Below, in pieces: positions 30,244 through 40,012 of a stretch of DNA of 64,000 nucleotides. A program made the position numbers and the translations under genes. The DNA is taken from the NCBI GenBank assembly GCA_965216465.1, contig CBDCFW010000006.1, positions 1 through 64,000 of the forward strand, written 5' to 3'. Below the pieces are notes generated by a model. The model was not told where the DNA came from. It saw nothing but the letters and a program-made list of their open reading frames with translations, and made no database searches. How positions within the stretch are numbered: the first letter of the stretch is position 1; each line of letters opens with the position of its first letter. This stretch comes from Bacteroidia bacterium (GTDB lineage: Bacteria > Bacteroidota > Bacteroidia > NS11-12g > UBA9320).

Positions 30244-32979
30244 ATGAATATAGCATACATTAACAATCAGCCGTTTGAAATTAAAGAAGGAGAAACAATT
30301 CTCTCTTTCATTAAACGCCATAAAGGTGAAACTACTGTTCCAACGCTTTGCGATGCTCCTAATTTGGATCCCTTTGGGTCTTGTAGGGTTTGTAGTGTAG
30401 ATGTAGCCTTAGAAGAAAACGGCAAGGCCAGAACGATGGCTTCTTGTCATACTCCCATTGCTGCAGGACAATACATTTATCCAGACTCAAAAGAGGTAAA
30501 ATCTCTTCGAAAAAATATTATTGAGTTAGTGTTAACAGACCATCCGCTAGACTGCCTTACTTGTGAGGTGAACGGAAATTGTGAATTACAAACGGTTGCA
30601 GCTCAAGTTGGAATAAGAGATGTACGTTATCCAGAGGGAGAAAACCATCTTGATCGTGCAAAAGATTTAAGTCATCCATATATGACTTCTGACCTCTCTA
30701 AATGTATCAACTGCTACCGTTGTGTAAGAGCCTGCGATGAAGTTCAAGGACAATTTGTTTTGAGCATGGCAGGACGAGGATTTGATTCTAAAATTGTAAA
30801 GGGAATAGATCAAAGCTTTATGGAGTCAGATTGTGTAAGTTGTGGAGCCTGCTCACAAGCTTGCCCTACCTCTGCAATTTCTGATGTCTTCCAAAGTAAG
30901 GCAATAGAAGCAACAGAAAAAACGAGAACAATTTGCACATACTGTGGAGTTGGATGTAACCTTGAAGTTGCAACTTCGAATGGCGAAATTCTGAGCATTC
31001 AAGCACCTTATGACGCTGAAGTAAATCAAGGTCATACCTGTTTGAAAGGACGATACGCATTTAAATTCTATGATCATCCCGAAAGATTAAATTCACCAAT
31101 GATCAAAAGAAATGGTGAATTTGAGCCTGTTTCTTGGGACGAAGCATACGATTACATTGCAAACAAGCTGGAAGGATTTAAAAACGACTTTGGTCCTGAC
31201 TCAATTGCAGGTATCTCATCTTCGCGTTGTACAAATGAAGAAAACTACTTAATGCAGAAATTTATTCGTGCAGTAGTAGGAACCAATAACATTGATGGAT
31301 GTGCAAGGGTATGCCACTCTCCTACCGCTTTAGGAATGCAAAAAACATTTGGTACAGGAGCAGCCACAAATTCTATCGACGACTTGAACGACACCAATTG
31401 CATTATGGTAATTGGAGCAAATCCAACGGATGCTCACCCTGTAACTGGTGCTAAGCTTAAGCAGTTTGCCATGAAAACCGGCAATGTTTCAATTGTAATT
31501 GATCCAAGAAGAACTGAGCTTGCACGATACGCAACGCACCATATCGCTCTTAGACCAGGAACAAATGTTGCTGTGCTAAACATGATGATGTACTATATCA
31601 TCACCGAAGGCTTGGTAGATGAAAGCTTCGTATCATCTAGAACAGAAGGGTACGAAGATTATAAGAAAGAAATTTTAAGCATCGACCTCGACGCTCTTGA
31701 AAAAGTTTCAGGTGTTGACCGCGAGCAAATTAGAGAAGTTGCTAAAGCATATGCATCAGCTCCAAACGCTATGTCATTCCACGGATTAGGAGTTACCGAG
31801 CACAGCCAAGGAACCTTTACCGTTATGCAAATTGCAGACCTTGCTTTATTGACTGGAAATATTGGTAGACGAGGTGTTGGTGTGAATCCACTTAGAGGTC
31901 AAAACAACGTTCAAGGAAGTGCCGACATGGGTGTTCAACCGCACCAAGGCGCAGGATATCTAGACATCACCAAACCAGAAGTTAATCAGCGTTACAATCA
32001 GTTTTACGGTGTAGATGTGCCAAGTCATATTGGATACAAAATCCCAGAGATGTTTGATGCAGCACTAGAAGGAAAGCTTAAAGCCATTTGGATTATTGGT
32101 GAAGATGTTGTTCAAACTGACCCTAATACCCAAAAGGTAATTAAAGCACTGAATAGCACAGACCTAGTTGTTGTACAAGAGTTATTTATGACCGAAACTG
32201 CTAAACAAGCAGATGTGATACTTCCTGGTGCATCATTCTTAGAAAAGAGCGGGACATTTACCAATGGAGAACGTCGTGTTCAGGCGGTAAGACAGGTGGT
32301 TGAACCAATTGAAGGAACTAAAGTTGATGGCCAGATCATAGTTGATATGATGAATCGAATGGGATATGACCAGCCCGATTATGACGCAGCTAATATGCTC
32401 GATGAGATTAATCAAATTGTACCATTCTTTGCGGGAATCACTTGGGATAGATTGGGTGAAAACGGACTACAATGGCCTGTTGCCAAAGATGGTACCGATA
32501 CCCAAATTCTTCATAAGCAAGAATTTAAATTGGGTAAAGGTCAGTTTATCTTCAACAATTGGAGAGAGACGGAAGAGCTTGTAGAACATGCAAAGGACTA
32601 TCCATACATCTTGACTACAAATAGAGAGCTAGAGCATTACAATTGTGGTGCAATGACACGTAGAACAGGAAACGAGCTAATTCTTCAAGATGATTACCTT
32701 ATGGTTAACCCAGAAGATGCTGAAAAACATTTAATCAACGAAGGTGATTATGTTTGTGTTGAATCTCCACGAGGCAAAGTAGATGTTAAAGCTCGAATAA
32801 CCGATGAAGTGAAACCAGGTATTTTGAGTACGACTTTCCACTTCCCTGACATTATGATTAACAACATTACGGGTGATGTACACGACAGTGAAGCCAAATG
32901 CCCTGAATACAAGGTTGTTGCCGTAAGAATCAGAAAGAGCAAAGGGAAGTTTAAACAGCTTGCAGAACAAAAATCTTAA
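30244..32979 (+). CDS. fdhF: Formate dehydrogenase alpha subunit (Mo-bisPGD, FdsA/FdhF type, Cys ligand)
   Basis: N-terminal 2Fe-2S and 4Fe-4S motifs (HPLDCLTC, CINCYRC, CVSCGAC, CTYCGVGC), GCARVCHSP, PLRGQNNVQG, CPEYKV. Confidence 0.95.
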   Translation: MNIAYINNQPFEIKEGETILSFIKRHKGETTVPTLCDAPNLDPFGSCRVCSVDVALEENGKARTMASCHTPIAAGQYIYPDSKEVKSLRKNIIELVLTDHPLDCLTCEVNGNCELQTVAAQVGIRDVRYPEGENHLDRAKDLSHPYMTSDLSKCINCYRCVRACDEVQGQFVLSMAGRGFDSKIVKGIDQSFMESDCVSCGACSQACPTSAISDVFQSKAIEATEKTRTICTYCGVGCNLEVATSNGEILSIQAPYDAEVNQGHTCLKGRYAFKFYDHPERLNSPMIKRNGEFEPVSWDEAYDYIANKLEGFKNDFGPDSIAGISSSRCTNEENYLMQKFIRAVVGTNNIDGCARVCHSPTALGMQKTFGTGAATNSIDDLNDTNCIMVIGANPTDAHPVTGAKLKQFAMKTGNVSIVIDPRRTELARYATHHIALRPGTNVAVLNMMMYYIITEGLVDESFVSSRTEGYEDYKKEILSIDLDALEKVSGVDREQIREVAKAYASAPNAMSFHGLGVTEHSQGTFTVMQIADLALLTGNIGRRGVGVNPLRGQNNVQGSADMGVQPHQGAGYLDITKPEVNQRYNQFYGVDVPSHIGYKIPEMFDAALEGKLKAIWIIGEDVVQTDPNTQKVIKALNSTDLVVVQELFMTETAKQADVILPGASFLEKSGTFTNGERRVQAVRQVVEPIEGTKVDGQIIVDMMNRMGYDQPDYDAANMLDEINQIVPFFAGITWDRLGENGLQWPVAKDGTDTQILHKQEFKLGKGQFIFNNWRETEELVEHAKDYPYILTTNRELEHYNCGAMTRRTGNELILQDDYLMVNPEDAEKHLINEGDYVCVESPRGKVDVKARITDEVKPGILSTTFHFPDIMINNITGDVHDSEAKCPEYKVVAVRIRKSKGKFKQLAEQKS

Positions 32980-32984
32980 TCCAT

Positions 32985-33176
32985 ATGAGACGAAAAAAGA
33001 ACAAGATCAAAAACAGAAAAGTTAGAAATCGAAACAACTACATTCTAGGTATTTTTTTAGGACTTGTTTTTGGAGTGCTGATTGGCATTGCAGTTGAAAA
33101 TACTATAGCAGGTATTGCTATTGGTGTACTTTTAGGGGCAGGATTTGGTTATGCCATCAATTCTACAATATCCTGA
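32985..33176 (+). CDS. Small membrane protein with a basic N-terminus and glycine-zipper helices
   Basis: 63 aa, GxxxG repeats; sits 5 nt after the fdh alpha stop. Confidence 0.65.
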   Translation: MRRKKNKIKNRKVRNRNNYILGIFLGLVFGVLIGIAVENTIAGIAIGVLLGAGFGYAINSTIS

Positions 33177-33733
33177 GTGACCTAAACGGAATAGTTTTAA
33201 TGGGTGGAGAAAGCACCCGAATGGGACGTGATAAGTCTCAGCTCAAGTATGAAGGTACAACGCTCGCTCAAAGGGCCTATGACCTCTTGCTTCCTCATTG
33301 CAATCAAGTGTATTATTCTATCAGCGAGGCTCAGCTAGAAAAATTAGATTTTAACAGTTGGTCTCTCGATTTGTTTGAAAATCAAGGTCCTTTAGGTGGT
33401 ATAATTTCTTCTCTTAGTCATCTCGAAGAGTCTATTTTAACTGTTGCCGTCGATATGCCGAAATTGACTTCAACACAAATTTCACGATTGATAGGCAACC
33501 GCGATGAGCAAAAGCTTGCTACAGTCTTTTTCAATGAAAAAAATCAAATGTTTGAAGGCACTGTTGGCATTTGGGAATATCACGGTTTAGATGAACTTTA
33601 CTCCTACTTCGACTCGGGCAAAAGGTCACTCCAGAAGTTCTTGTTTAACCACGATATAAAGCGAGTAATGGTAGAAGATTATGAATGCTTTAGAAACATT
33701 AACACCAACGATGACTACAAAAATCTAATTTAG
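33173..33733 (+). CDS. mobA: Molybdenum cofactor guanylyltransferase
   Basis: LNGIVLMGGESTRMGRDK, QGPLGGI, VAVDMP, NINT; the first beta-strand lies upstream of ATG 33200, so the start is probably CTG 33173. Confidence 0.88.
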   Translation: MSDLNGIVLMGGESTRMGRDKSQLKYEGTTLAQRAYDLLLPHCNQVYYSISEAQLEKLDFNSWSLDLFENQGPLGGIISSLSHLEESILTVAVDMPKLTSTQISRLIGNRDEQKLATVFFNEKNQMFEGTVGIWEYHGLDELYSYFDSGKRSLQKFLFNHDIKRVMVEDYECFRNINTNDDYKNLI

Positions 33734-34752
33734 TCGTTGTCATCTATTCGTAAGTGTATTCCGTAAAGAATTGAATCACCCATAAAGTTTCTGAAACGTG
33801 TGTAGCCCTTCTCTTTTTTGTTTTCTTTCCACGCTAGTTCAATTATGTTTTTGAGGTAAGGTAGAAGGGTCAATGTTTCATCAACTTCTTTTTGAACTCT
33901 CGACTGTTTAGTCTCTAAGAATTTTTTAAGCCATCTTGTAATTATAGGGCCAAGCACATAATACCACACTAAAAGAATACCAACACTTCGCAGAATAACA
34001 TAAAGACCATTCTTCCAAAGCGAGTCTCCTTCTTGAGTAAAGAATACATAAGTAAGAATTATTAATAATACTCCTCCCCAGAACAGCCACATTTTCCAAC
34101 GCCCTTTGCTCTTTTTATTCACCTTAAACTCAAGGTCAAATTCAATAGCTTTAATTTGGTAATGGATATTCCCTTTGTTGTATTCCAAGTACCTCATCAT
34201 ATCATAAATAAAGAAGCCGACTGCAATTCCAATAAGAGCATATGCCCAGAGGTAGAGCGTTACGAGTACTTGGGTAGAAACAACACCTGACATAAAGCTC
34301 AGTAAGCCTGAGATGTAGTCTCCAAAGCTGTTTATTGCCTTCCACAGTGAATTTCCATAAATCAACCAAAGCACCAATAGTTTTTGAACTGCCGATTCGA
34401 CCATGGTTACCACACCAAGAAGCATAGCACTCCACATATTCAAACTTAATTTGCTGTAAATTGCTCCTGCCATTACAGCCTGAAAAGTCACAGCTAAGTA
34501 GGCATCAGGTGGTGAGTGAGGACTAACAGCTAATTTGATAATTAGAACGACCAGAAGTGATTGAAATATGGTGTTCCATTTATTTTCTTTTTCAGCAAAA
34601 TAGGCAATTAAGCTAATTAATACAATGGCAAACCCTCCTACAAACAAGCCCGTGAACGGAAATTGAAAGGCATGCATTACCCCTCCAAGTCCTGCTTCGA
34701 CCAATGCCCAAAGTGCTGTTAGTCGGGTTATTATAGTAGAGTTATGTCGCAT
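33730..34752 (-). CDS. Hypothetical multi-pass membrane protein
   Basis: About 8 TM segments, LWALVEAGLGGVMH motif; start placed at ATG 34752 because the longer ORF runs through a terminator. Confidence 0.75.
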   Translation of the reverse strand: MRHNSTIITRLTALWALVEAGLGGVMHAFQFPFTGLFVGGFAIVLISLIAYFAEKENKWNTIFQSLLVVLIIKLAVSPHSPPDAYLAVTFQAVMAGAIYSKLSLNMWSAMLLGVVTMVESAVQKLLVLWLIYGNSLWKAINSFGDYISGLLSFMSGVVSTQVLVTLYLWAYALIGIAVGFFIYDMMRYLEYNKGNIHYQIKAIEFDLEFKVNKKSKGRWKMWLFWGGVLLIILTYVFFTQEGDSLWKNGLYVILRSVGILLVWYYVLGPIITRWLKKFLETKQSRVQKEVDETLTLLPYLKNIIELAWKENKKEKGYTRFRNFMGDSILYGIHLRIDDND

Positions 34753-34768
34753 CGTTGGGGGTAAAGAT

Positions 34769-34798
34769 AAAAAAAGGAGCCCGTATTGAGCTCCTTTT
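34769..34798 (-). terminator. Rho-independent terminator of the isc operon (possibly bidirectional)
   Basis: AAAAGGAGC...GCTCCTTTT hairpin with an A7 run (U-tail on the minus strand) just downstream of iscA. Confidence 0.75.
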
Positions 34799-34825
34799 AA
34801 AAAATTCATTTTAGTAACAATTTAT

Positions 34826-35152
34826 CTATACGGCAAAGCTTTCTCCACATCCGCAAGTTCTGCTCGCATTTGGATTGTTAAATTGAAAACCTTTTCCATT
34901 CAATCCATCCGTGAAATCTAACTCTGTTCCGCATAGGTATAAGAAGCTCTTCATATCGCAAACAATCTTTTTACCATTGCTTTCAAATATTTGATCTCCT
35001 TCTTGACTTTCGTTATCGAAGTCCATTTTATAACTTAATCCAGAACATCCTCCTCCTACTACAGACACTCGAATGAAGTAGTCTTCACCCAGATTTTCTG
35101 AACTCATTAGGCTATTAACCTGTGTTGCCGCTCTTTCTGAAACTGTAATCAT
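34826..35152 (-). CDS. iscA: A-type Fe-S carrier (IscA/HesB family)
   Basis: GGGCSGLSY, NPNASRTCGCGESF. Confidence 0.93.
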   Translation of the reverse strand: MITVSERAATQVNSLMSSENLGEDYFIRVSVVGGGCSGLSYKMDFDNESQEGDQIFESNGKKIVCDMKSFLYLCGTELDFTDGLNGKGFQFNNPNASRTCGCGESFAV

Positions 35153-35154
35153 AA

Positions 35155-35571
35155 TTAATAATGCTTTTTATCGTCCTCGATGGGCTCTAATCCTTGTTTA
35201 ACACGGTAATCGTTAATTGCTGTTTTGATCGCATCTTCTGCTAATACTGAACAGTGAATTTTTACCGGTGGTAAAGCCAATTCTTCTACAATTGCCATGT
35301 TATCGATTTCCATTGCTTGGTCTACTGATTTTCCTTTTAACCACTCAGTAGCCAAAGAAGAAGATGCAATAGCAGAACCACATCCAAATGTTTTAAACTT
35401 GGCGTCTTTGATAATACCTGTAGCGTCGTCTACTTCAATTTGTAAACGCATTACATCGCCACACTCTGGAGCACCTACAAGCCCAGTACCCACATTTTTT
35501 GATGCTTTATCCAAAGTTCCAATGTTTCTTGGATTTTGGTAGTGATCAATAACTTTTTCTGAATATGCCAT
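35155..35571 (-). CDS. iscU: Fe-S cluster scaffold IscU
   Basis: YSEKVIDHY, GAPECGDVM, FKTFGCGSAIASSS, LPPVKIHCS. Confidence 0.97.
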   Translation of the reverse strand: MAYSEKVIDHYQNPRNIGTLDKASKNVGTGLVGAPECGDVMRLQIEVDDATGIIKDAKFKTFGCGSAIASSSLATEWLKGKSVDQAMEIDNMAIVEELALPPVKIHCSVLAEDAIKTAINDYRVKQGLEPIEDDKKHY

Positions 35572-35589
35572 ATTGTTTTTTTCTATTTA

Positions 35590-36804
35590 TTAATGTTCAA
35601 CCCACTCAACTGTTTTAAGATCAATTCCTTCTTTAAACATTTCCCATAGTGGGCTCATTTCTCTCAATTTATGAACTGCTTCTTTTACGTGACTAATTGC
35701 AAAATCTACTTCTTCATCCGTTGTAAATCTTCCCAATCCAAAGCGTAATGAAGAGTGAGCAAGTTCATCATCTAAACCTAATGATTTTAGTACGTAGCTT
35801 GGTTCTAAGCTAGCACTTGTGCACGCACTACCTGATGATACTGCGATATCTTTCGTACCCATCATTAAGCCTTCACCCTCAACAAATTTGAATGAAATAT
35901 TAGCTACATGAGGCAGTCTTTGTTCAACACTACCATTAACATAAGCTTCTTCGATGGTCAGTAATTCTTTCTCTAAGCGATCACGCATTGCACTTAATCT
36001 TTGAGCTTCCTCATCCATCTCGTTCATGCAAATTTCACAAGCTTTACCAAATCCAACAATTCCCGGTACGTTAAGTGTTCCACTTCTCATTCCTCTTTCA
36101 TGTCCACCACCATCCATTTGGCTGGTAACTTTAACACGTGGATTTTTTCTACGTACGTATAATGCTCCGACACCTTTAGGCCCGTACATTTTATGAGCAG
36201 AAAAACTCATTAAGTCGATACCATCGGCCATCACATCTACAGGAACTTTACCAACTGCTTGAGTAGCGTCGGTATGGAATAAAACTCCGTGCTTTTTAGC
36301 AATTGCTGAAATCGCCTTAACATCTTGAATAACCCCAATCTCGTTATTGCCATACATGATTGAAATCAAGATTGTTTTATCGGTAATAGCCTGTTCTAGC
36401 TCGTTTAAGTCGATTAATCCATTTTCTGCTGGAGAAAGGTAAGTAACCTCACCACCCATTTTCTCAACTTTCTTACAAGCATCTAAAACCGCTTTGTGCT
36501 CGGTTGATACGGTGATGATATGATTCCCTTTTGACCCATACATCTCATACACTCCTTTGATAGCTAAATTGTCTGATTCAGTTGCACCAGAAGTTAAGAT
36601 AATCTCTTTACTTGTGGCACCAATCAGACGTGCAATTTGCTCTCTGGCATAATCTACCGCTTCTTCTGCAGCCCAACCAAAGCCATGGTTTCTACTTGCT
36701 GCATTTCCAAACTTCTCTGTAAAGTATGGAATCATAGTCTCTAGAACACGCGGATCCATTGGCGTCGTCGCGTTGTTGTCTAGATATATGGGGAACTTCA
36801 ACAT
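35590..36804 (-). CDS. iscS: Cysteine desulfurase IscS
   Basis: [20 protein letters not shown] (PLP Lys), [24 protein letters not shown]. Confidence 0.97.
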   Translation of the reverse strand: MLKFPIYLDNNATTPMDPRVLETMIPYFTEKFGNAASRNHGFGWAAEEAVDYAREQIARLIGATSKEIILTSGATESDNLAIKGVYEMYGSKGNHIITVSTEHKAVLDACKKVEKMGGEVTYLSPAENGLIDLNELEQAITDKTILISIMYGNNEIGVIQDVKAISAIAKKHGVLFHTDATQAVGKVPVDVMADGIDLMSFSAHKMYGPKGVGALYVRRKNPRVKVTSQMDGGGHERGMRSGTLNVPGIVGFGKACEICMNEMDEEAQRLSAMRDRLEKELLTIEEAYVNGSVEQRLPHVANISFKFVEGEGLMMGTKDIAVSSGSACTSASLEPSYVLKSLGLDDELAHSSLRFGLGRFTTDEEVDFAISHVKEAVHKLREMSPLWEMFKEGIDLKTVEWVEH

Positions 36805-36814
36805 TCTTATTTTT

Positions 36815-36842
36815 ATTTAGATTAATTCTAACTGCAAATATA
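36815..36842 (-). promoter_or_regulatory. iscS promoter -7 box (TATATTTG) with a downstream inverted repeat
   Basis: CAAATATA at 36835-36842 on the + strand; TTAGA-TTAAT-TCTAA at 36817-36831, between the box and the start codon. Confidence 0.5.
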
Positions 36843-37002
36843 ACATCTGTAATAGAAAATTGTTGGTAAGGCTATATTGATATTTTTGATATGCATATTA
36901 GAATTGAATTTTGCACCTTAGTTTACAAGATATTAGGCACTTCTGAAGGCACCTAAATAACTTATATCCAATAACTAATCTCTTTTGCTTAAACTTGTAC
37001 CA

Positions 37003-37413
37003 ATGCAGAAAATTGAGCACATCGGCATTGCCGTCAAAAACATCGAAGAATCGAATGAACTTTTTGCCAAATTGCTTAAAACAGCACACTACAAAATGGA
37101 AGAAGTTGAAAGCGAAGGTGTGATTACTTCTTTTTTCAAGGTTGGTGATGTTAAAATTGAACTCTTACAAGCTACTAACGAAGAAAGTGCCATTCATAAA
37201 TTTGTTGAAAAGAAGGGTGAAGGTGTTCATCATATTGCATTTGCAGTTGAAGACGTGAACGAAGAATTAACACGATTAAAGAACGAAGGATTTGATGCAA
37301 TTCATCAACAAGCAAAAGACGGTGCAGATGGGAAAGTAATAGCATTTCTTCATCCCAAAAGCACCAATAAAGTTTTAACCGAAATATGTGCAGATAAACA
37401 TGTGGAACAATAG
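37003..37413 (+). CDS. mce: Methylmalonyl-CoA epimerase (VOC family)
   Basis: IEHIGIAV, KIELL, GEGVHHIAF, FLHPKST..VLTE. Confidence 0.93.
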   Translation: MQKIEHIGIAVKNIEESNELFAKLLKTAHYKMEEVESEGVITSFFKVGDVKIELLQATNEESAIHKFVEKKGEGVHHIAFAVEDVNEELTRLKNEGFDAIHQQAKDGADGKVIAFLHPKSTNKVLTEICADKHVEQ

Positions 37414-38494
37414 AAATGTAAGACTCATTCTCGGAATTATTGGTGTAATCATTCTTGGTTACATAGTCTGGAATGTTCGTTCAATTATTATTTACTTTTT
37501 TGCCGCGGCAATTATTGCTTTTGTGGCAAGACCATTAATGGCTCTTCTCGGTAGGGTTAAAATTAAAGATTGGGTTCTTCCCAGCTGGGCTAAAGCTGCT
37601 CTGGTGTTGGTCACATTTGTTTTAATCATTTACGGTATGTTTATGATGATAACGCCAACGGTAGTTCGGCAAGCTGACATCATATCAAATATTGATACTG
37701 AAACCGTAATTCAAAACCTACAACCTCAAATAACCGCTGTTACAGAATGGATGGAGAAGATGAATATCAATGAAGTTGAACTCGAAGAAAATCTGGAGGC
37801 TGAACTTTCAAACATCTTTAGCGTGGGCGATATTGGCAGTTATATTTCAGGCTTTTTAGGTGGAATAACCGATTCGCTAATAGCCCTTTTCTCAATCTTT
37901 TTTATCAGCTTTTTCTTGTTGAAGGATGGCCAAATTGTAGACAACGTGATTACGAGTTTAACTCCGAACAAGTACTTAGATAAGATTAAAATCATTTTTA
38001 ATGACACCAAGAATCTTTTGTCGAGATACTTTATCGGAATCATTATTCAAATAACCATTGTAATGTTGGTCATTACACTTGGACTTACTTTCTTAGGCGT
38101 TAAAAATGCCTTGTTCATTGGATTAATTGCAGGAATATTTAATATCATTCCCTATGTAGGTCCGTTAATTGGAGGTCTTGTTGGTGTTAGTTTGGCAATA
38201 ACTTCTCAACTAGAAATGCATCCAGACCTTAATATCATGTCATTTGGTTTGCTTGCAATTTTACCGTTTGCTGCAGCTCAATTACTCGACAACTTTGTGC
38301 TACAACCCCTGATCTTCTCGACAAGTGTTAAAGCCCATCCTCTGGAAATCTTTATTGTCATCCTTGCAGCAGGTAGTTTAGCTGGAGTAATTGGTATGAT
38401 AGTAGCCGTTCCTGTTTATTCCTTTCTGCGGATTGTTGCAAGAGAATTTTTCAACGGTTACAAGGTTGTGCAAGGTCTTACAAAGAATATTTAG
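37400..38494 (+). CDS. AI-2E family transporter
   Basis: FISFFLLKDG, FNIIPYVGP, QLLDNFVLQPLIFS..VKAHP, GMIVAVP. Confidence 0.92.
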   Translation: MWNNRNVRLILGIIGVIILGYIVWNVRSIIIYFFAAAIIAFVARPLMALLGRVKIKDWVLPSWAKAALVLVTFVLIIYGMFMMITPTVVRQADIISNIDTETVIQNLQPQITAVTEWMEKMNINEVELEENLEAELSNIFSVGDIGSYISGFLGGITDSLIALFSIFFISFFLLKDGQIVDNVITSLTPNKYLDKIKIIFNDTKNLLSRYFIGIIIQITIVMLVITLGLTFLGVKNALFIGLIAGIFNIIPYVGPLIGGLVGVSLAITSQLEMHPDLNIMSFGLLAILPFAAAQLLDNFVLQPLIFSTSVKAHPLEIFIVILAAGSLAGVIGMIVAVPVYSFLRIVAREFFNGYKVVQGLTKNI

Positions 38495-38518
38495 CTAAAA
38501 GCTTCGTTTTACTGTCGG

Positions 38519-39412
38519 ATGAAAAAAATACTTCTACTTATAATATTAGCCCAATTCTCGATAAAGGCATCGAGCCAAACCTATACGGATTTTAGTTGGA
38601 GTTATAACATCTTTATTGGAGCATCGAACATGATGGGAGACCTTGGAGGAGCAGATTTTATTGGCAACGATGGTTTCGACATGGATGTTAGATCATTCAA
38701 GCCAGCAATTGGAGGGGGAATGATGTTTAACAGAGGAGGTATCTCAATAGGAACTAATTTAATTTTTACTCGTTTGGGTGGAAATGATGAATTCACGATT
38801 CAAGAATTTCAATCAACCCGAAACCTCAGTGTAAGAACAGACCTTATAGAAGCAAATTTGATTGCTGAACTTCGACCTTTCGGTCGTTCATATACCTTAA
38901 ATCGTTTTTACATTTATGGTGGAATTGCAGGTATTTATTATCAACCTAAGGCTAAGTACGAAGGTGACTGGGTGAAGCTTCGTCCGTTGGGAACTGAAGG
39001 CCAAAACTACATCGATACGATGAGCCCATACAGCGAGTTAGACTATGTTATTCCGTTTGGTTTGGGGTATAAATTTAAACTCCAGAGAAGCACTTCTCTT
39101 GTTCTTGACCTTGGTTTTAGAAAGACATTCACAGATTATTTAGACGATGTTAGTACAAAGTACCCAGACCCTGTTCAATTAGCAGAATCAGATGGTGAAG
39201 TAGCTGTAGCACTATCAGATCGATCAATATATGGTATGACTCCTGGAACCGAACGTGGCAATCCTGATAAAAATGACAGCTATTTTATTATTAGTTTAAA
39301 ATTTGAGAAAATACTTGGAGGAAACTCAAGTGCAGGCTGTTACTACAACAAGAACCCACGTAAGAAAAGAAGAGTGAAACAATACCAAAAGAAGATGTTT
39401 CACAAATGGTAA
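38519..39412 (+). CDS. DUF6089-like outer-membrane beta-barrel protein
   Basis: Signal peptide, GASNMMGDLG, LRPLGTEGQ, RKTFTDYLDDVS, RGNPDKNDSY. Confidence 0.75.
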   Translation: MKKILLLIILAQFSIKASSQTYTDFSWSYNIFIGASNMMGDLGGADFIGNDGFDMDVRSFKPAIGGGMMFNRGGISIGTNLIFTRLGGNDEFTIQEFQSTRNLSVRTDLIEANLIAELRPFGRSYTLNRFYIYGGIAGIYYQPKAKYEGDWVKLRPLGTEGQNYIDTMSPYSELDYVIPFGLGYKFKLQRSTSLVLDLGFRKTFTDYLDDVSTKYPDPVQLAESDGEVAVALSDRSIYGMTPGTERGNPDKNDSYFIISLKFEKILGGNSSAGCYYNKNPRKKRRVKQYQKKMFHKW

Positions 39413-40012
39413 CTAGCCGTTAAACTCGTTCATAGCCCCTGTTAATCCTTTAGCAATCCAAGCTTCGATTGCCTTGCATGCTCTATCTTTTTGAATAGCT
39501 ACCTCGGCCTCTTCTTCTTCTTTCCATTTGCCAAGAACAAATTCTACCTGACGACCTCTTGGGAAATCAGCACCCACACCAAATCGAAGTCGATCGTATT
39601 TATCGGTTCCCAATTGAGCTTGAATGTCTTTTAAGCCATTGTGGCCTCCAGCACTTCCTTTACCTCTTAAACGAAGCTTACCCAGGTCAATTGATAAATC
39701 ATCTGTAATAATCAACACGTTTTTCTGAGGTATTCTTTCTTTAGTCATCCAGTGTTTTACAGCTTTCCCAGACAGGTTCATGAACGTTGTTGGTTTGATG
39801 CATACAATTTGCTTGCCTCGATACTTGAACTTAGAAATAAATGCAAGCCTTCCACTTTCAAATTCTGCTTCTCTTTCTTTTGCCCAATGGTCTACCACAT
39901 CAAATCCAATGTTGTGTCGCGTGTGGTTGTATTCTGGGCCAATATTCCCTAAGCCTACAATTAAAAATTTCATGTCGTCTAATTCCTTCTTTTTAAATAG
40001 CCACTTAAACAT
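39413..40012 (-). CDS. pth: Peptidyl-tRNA hydrolase
   Basis: LIVGLGNIG, TRHNIGF, KPTTFMNLSG, GSAGGHNGLK. Confidence 0.97.
   Translation of the reverse strand: MFKWLFKKKELDDMKFLIVGLGNIGPEYNHTRHNIGFDVVDHWAKEREAEFESGRLAFISKFKYRGKQIVCIKPTTFMNLSGKAVKHWMTKERIPQKNVLIITDDLSIDLGKLRLRGKGSAGGHNGLKDIQAQLGTDKYDRLRFGVGADFPRGRQVEFVLGKWKEEEEAEVAIQKDRACKAIEAWIAKGLTGAMNEFNG

Noticed and set aside
31297-31320. Selenocysteine-containing formate dehydrogenase
   Set aside because: The active-site region reads CARVCH with ordinary Cys codons in an uninterrupted ORF
34753-34809. N-terminal extension of the 33730-34809 ORF
   Set aside because: It runs through the isc terminator hairpin; the ATG at 34752 has a promoter-like TATCTTTA box just upstream
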